In this document: piece by piece, positions 63,101-64,000 of the stretch
Numbering within the stretch: position 1 is the first letter of the stretch
Layout: the number at the start of each line of letters is the position of its first letter
Source: Lingula anatina
Lineage: Eukaryota > Animalia > Brachiopoda
DNA length: 64,000 nt
Assembly: GCA_051362555.1 (NCBI GenBank)
Contig: CM120641.1
Location: 38,012,401-38,076,400 of the forward strand
Direction of reading: 5' to 3'
Notes under the pieces: generated by a model
Database searches by the model: none
Seen by the model: the letters and a program-made list of their open reading frames with translations, nothing else
Told to the model about the DNA's origin: nothing
Made by a program: the position numbers and the translations under genes

Positions 63101-64000
63101 ACCCCTAGGTCTGGCTCCACTTCCCACAGCAGCCTGACTGGTTCCTTAGAGGCTGCCTCTGGCCAGAGATGGTGCGGCCACACCCTACAGTGACCATCAT
63201 CATCATAGAATTGATCTCTATTCAGACCTCTGAAAGATTATTGGTAAAATCAAACAAAATTATTCAAATTCTTCTCACTTTGAAATATATTTTGTTGAAA
63301 AAGCCAATCAACTTGTTTAAATGATCTTAGTCTAATTTGTTTCAACCAGTTTAAATTTAAATGAGGATAATATGTACTAATTAACGCGCAGGTGGTATTA
63401 CCTCTGTCCTAGTAGTTCAATATGATCTTATATATCTAAGTTACATACGCATATATAAAAATGGATTAAACATTGAAAGTAGTTTGAATACCTAACTCTT
63501 GAAAAGATCTACTTACTCACTGGTAGTCAGGTATTCTGTGAAATGACCCATCACTGGAGCATCGCCCCAGGAGTGTTCACAGTTTAACCCCAACTTAGCA
63601 TTACTGAAGATCACCATGGTGATGCTTTTGTCAAACCAGAGTGTCTTCCCATCACCATGGAGGAGAAATTTGGACCTTGATGTGAAGTCAGTTGGCTCAA
63701 AGGATCGATGTTCAAGAACAACCTAAGAAAGAGTTTAATTTTAATTAATTTAATTATTTAAAATATATATAATTGTTGAAAATCTGACAATATTTTCCAC
63801 ACATCAATCGCACATGTATAAAATCTCAACTGAAACTTATAAATCATGATGCTGAGATTATAACAACCATAATAAAAACAACAAAAAATTATTTCAGTAA
63901 TTCAATGCTGACCCTTGACCTTACCAAAAACATTGCTCTGTCTACAGCCTCAATGGACTCCTTGTTGATTCCAGAGGAGAAATGTTGCTGACGCAGTTTG
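60139..64000 (-). CDS. CPT1: Carnitine O-palmitoyltransferase 1, C-terminal half (5' part outside the window)
   Basis: Exons encode [25 protein letters not shown] (catalytic His), [62 protein letters not shown] and [18 protein letters not shown]; stop at 60141-60139. Confidence 0.95.
62857..62951. repeat. Compound trinucleotide microsatellite (CAC)n-(TAC)n-(TAA)n
   Basis: Directly visible in a CPT1 intron. Confidence 0.9.

Overview
AT-rich, intron-rich eukaryotic DNA from an invertebrate bilaterian, probably a lophotrochozoan (inferred from the desaturase type and repeat styles). Spliced genes in order: USP37-like deubiquitinase (-, 3' end outside the window), head-to-head with cyclin Y (+); a cytochrome-b5-fused front-end fatty acyl desaturase (-); a two-exon CNPase (CNP) homologue with P-loop kinase and 2H phosphoesterase domains (-), head-to-head with an apparently non-coding spliced transcript that may host snoRNAs (+); a 78-aa single-TM microprotein absent from the ORF track (+); and the 3' half of CPT1 (-). 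Introns and intergenic DNA hold many transposons: a ~6.1-kb long-TIR composite filling one USP37 intron, Helentron-type HINEs (one with a 146-bp tandem array), several MITE families, hAT/LINE/SINE remnants, and a 5.2-kb array of a 196-bp monomer ending in a transposon-like terminus. Exon boundaries were read by eye from GT/AG sites and frame continuity; family names come from recognised motifs, not database searches.
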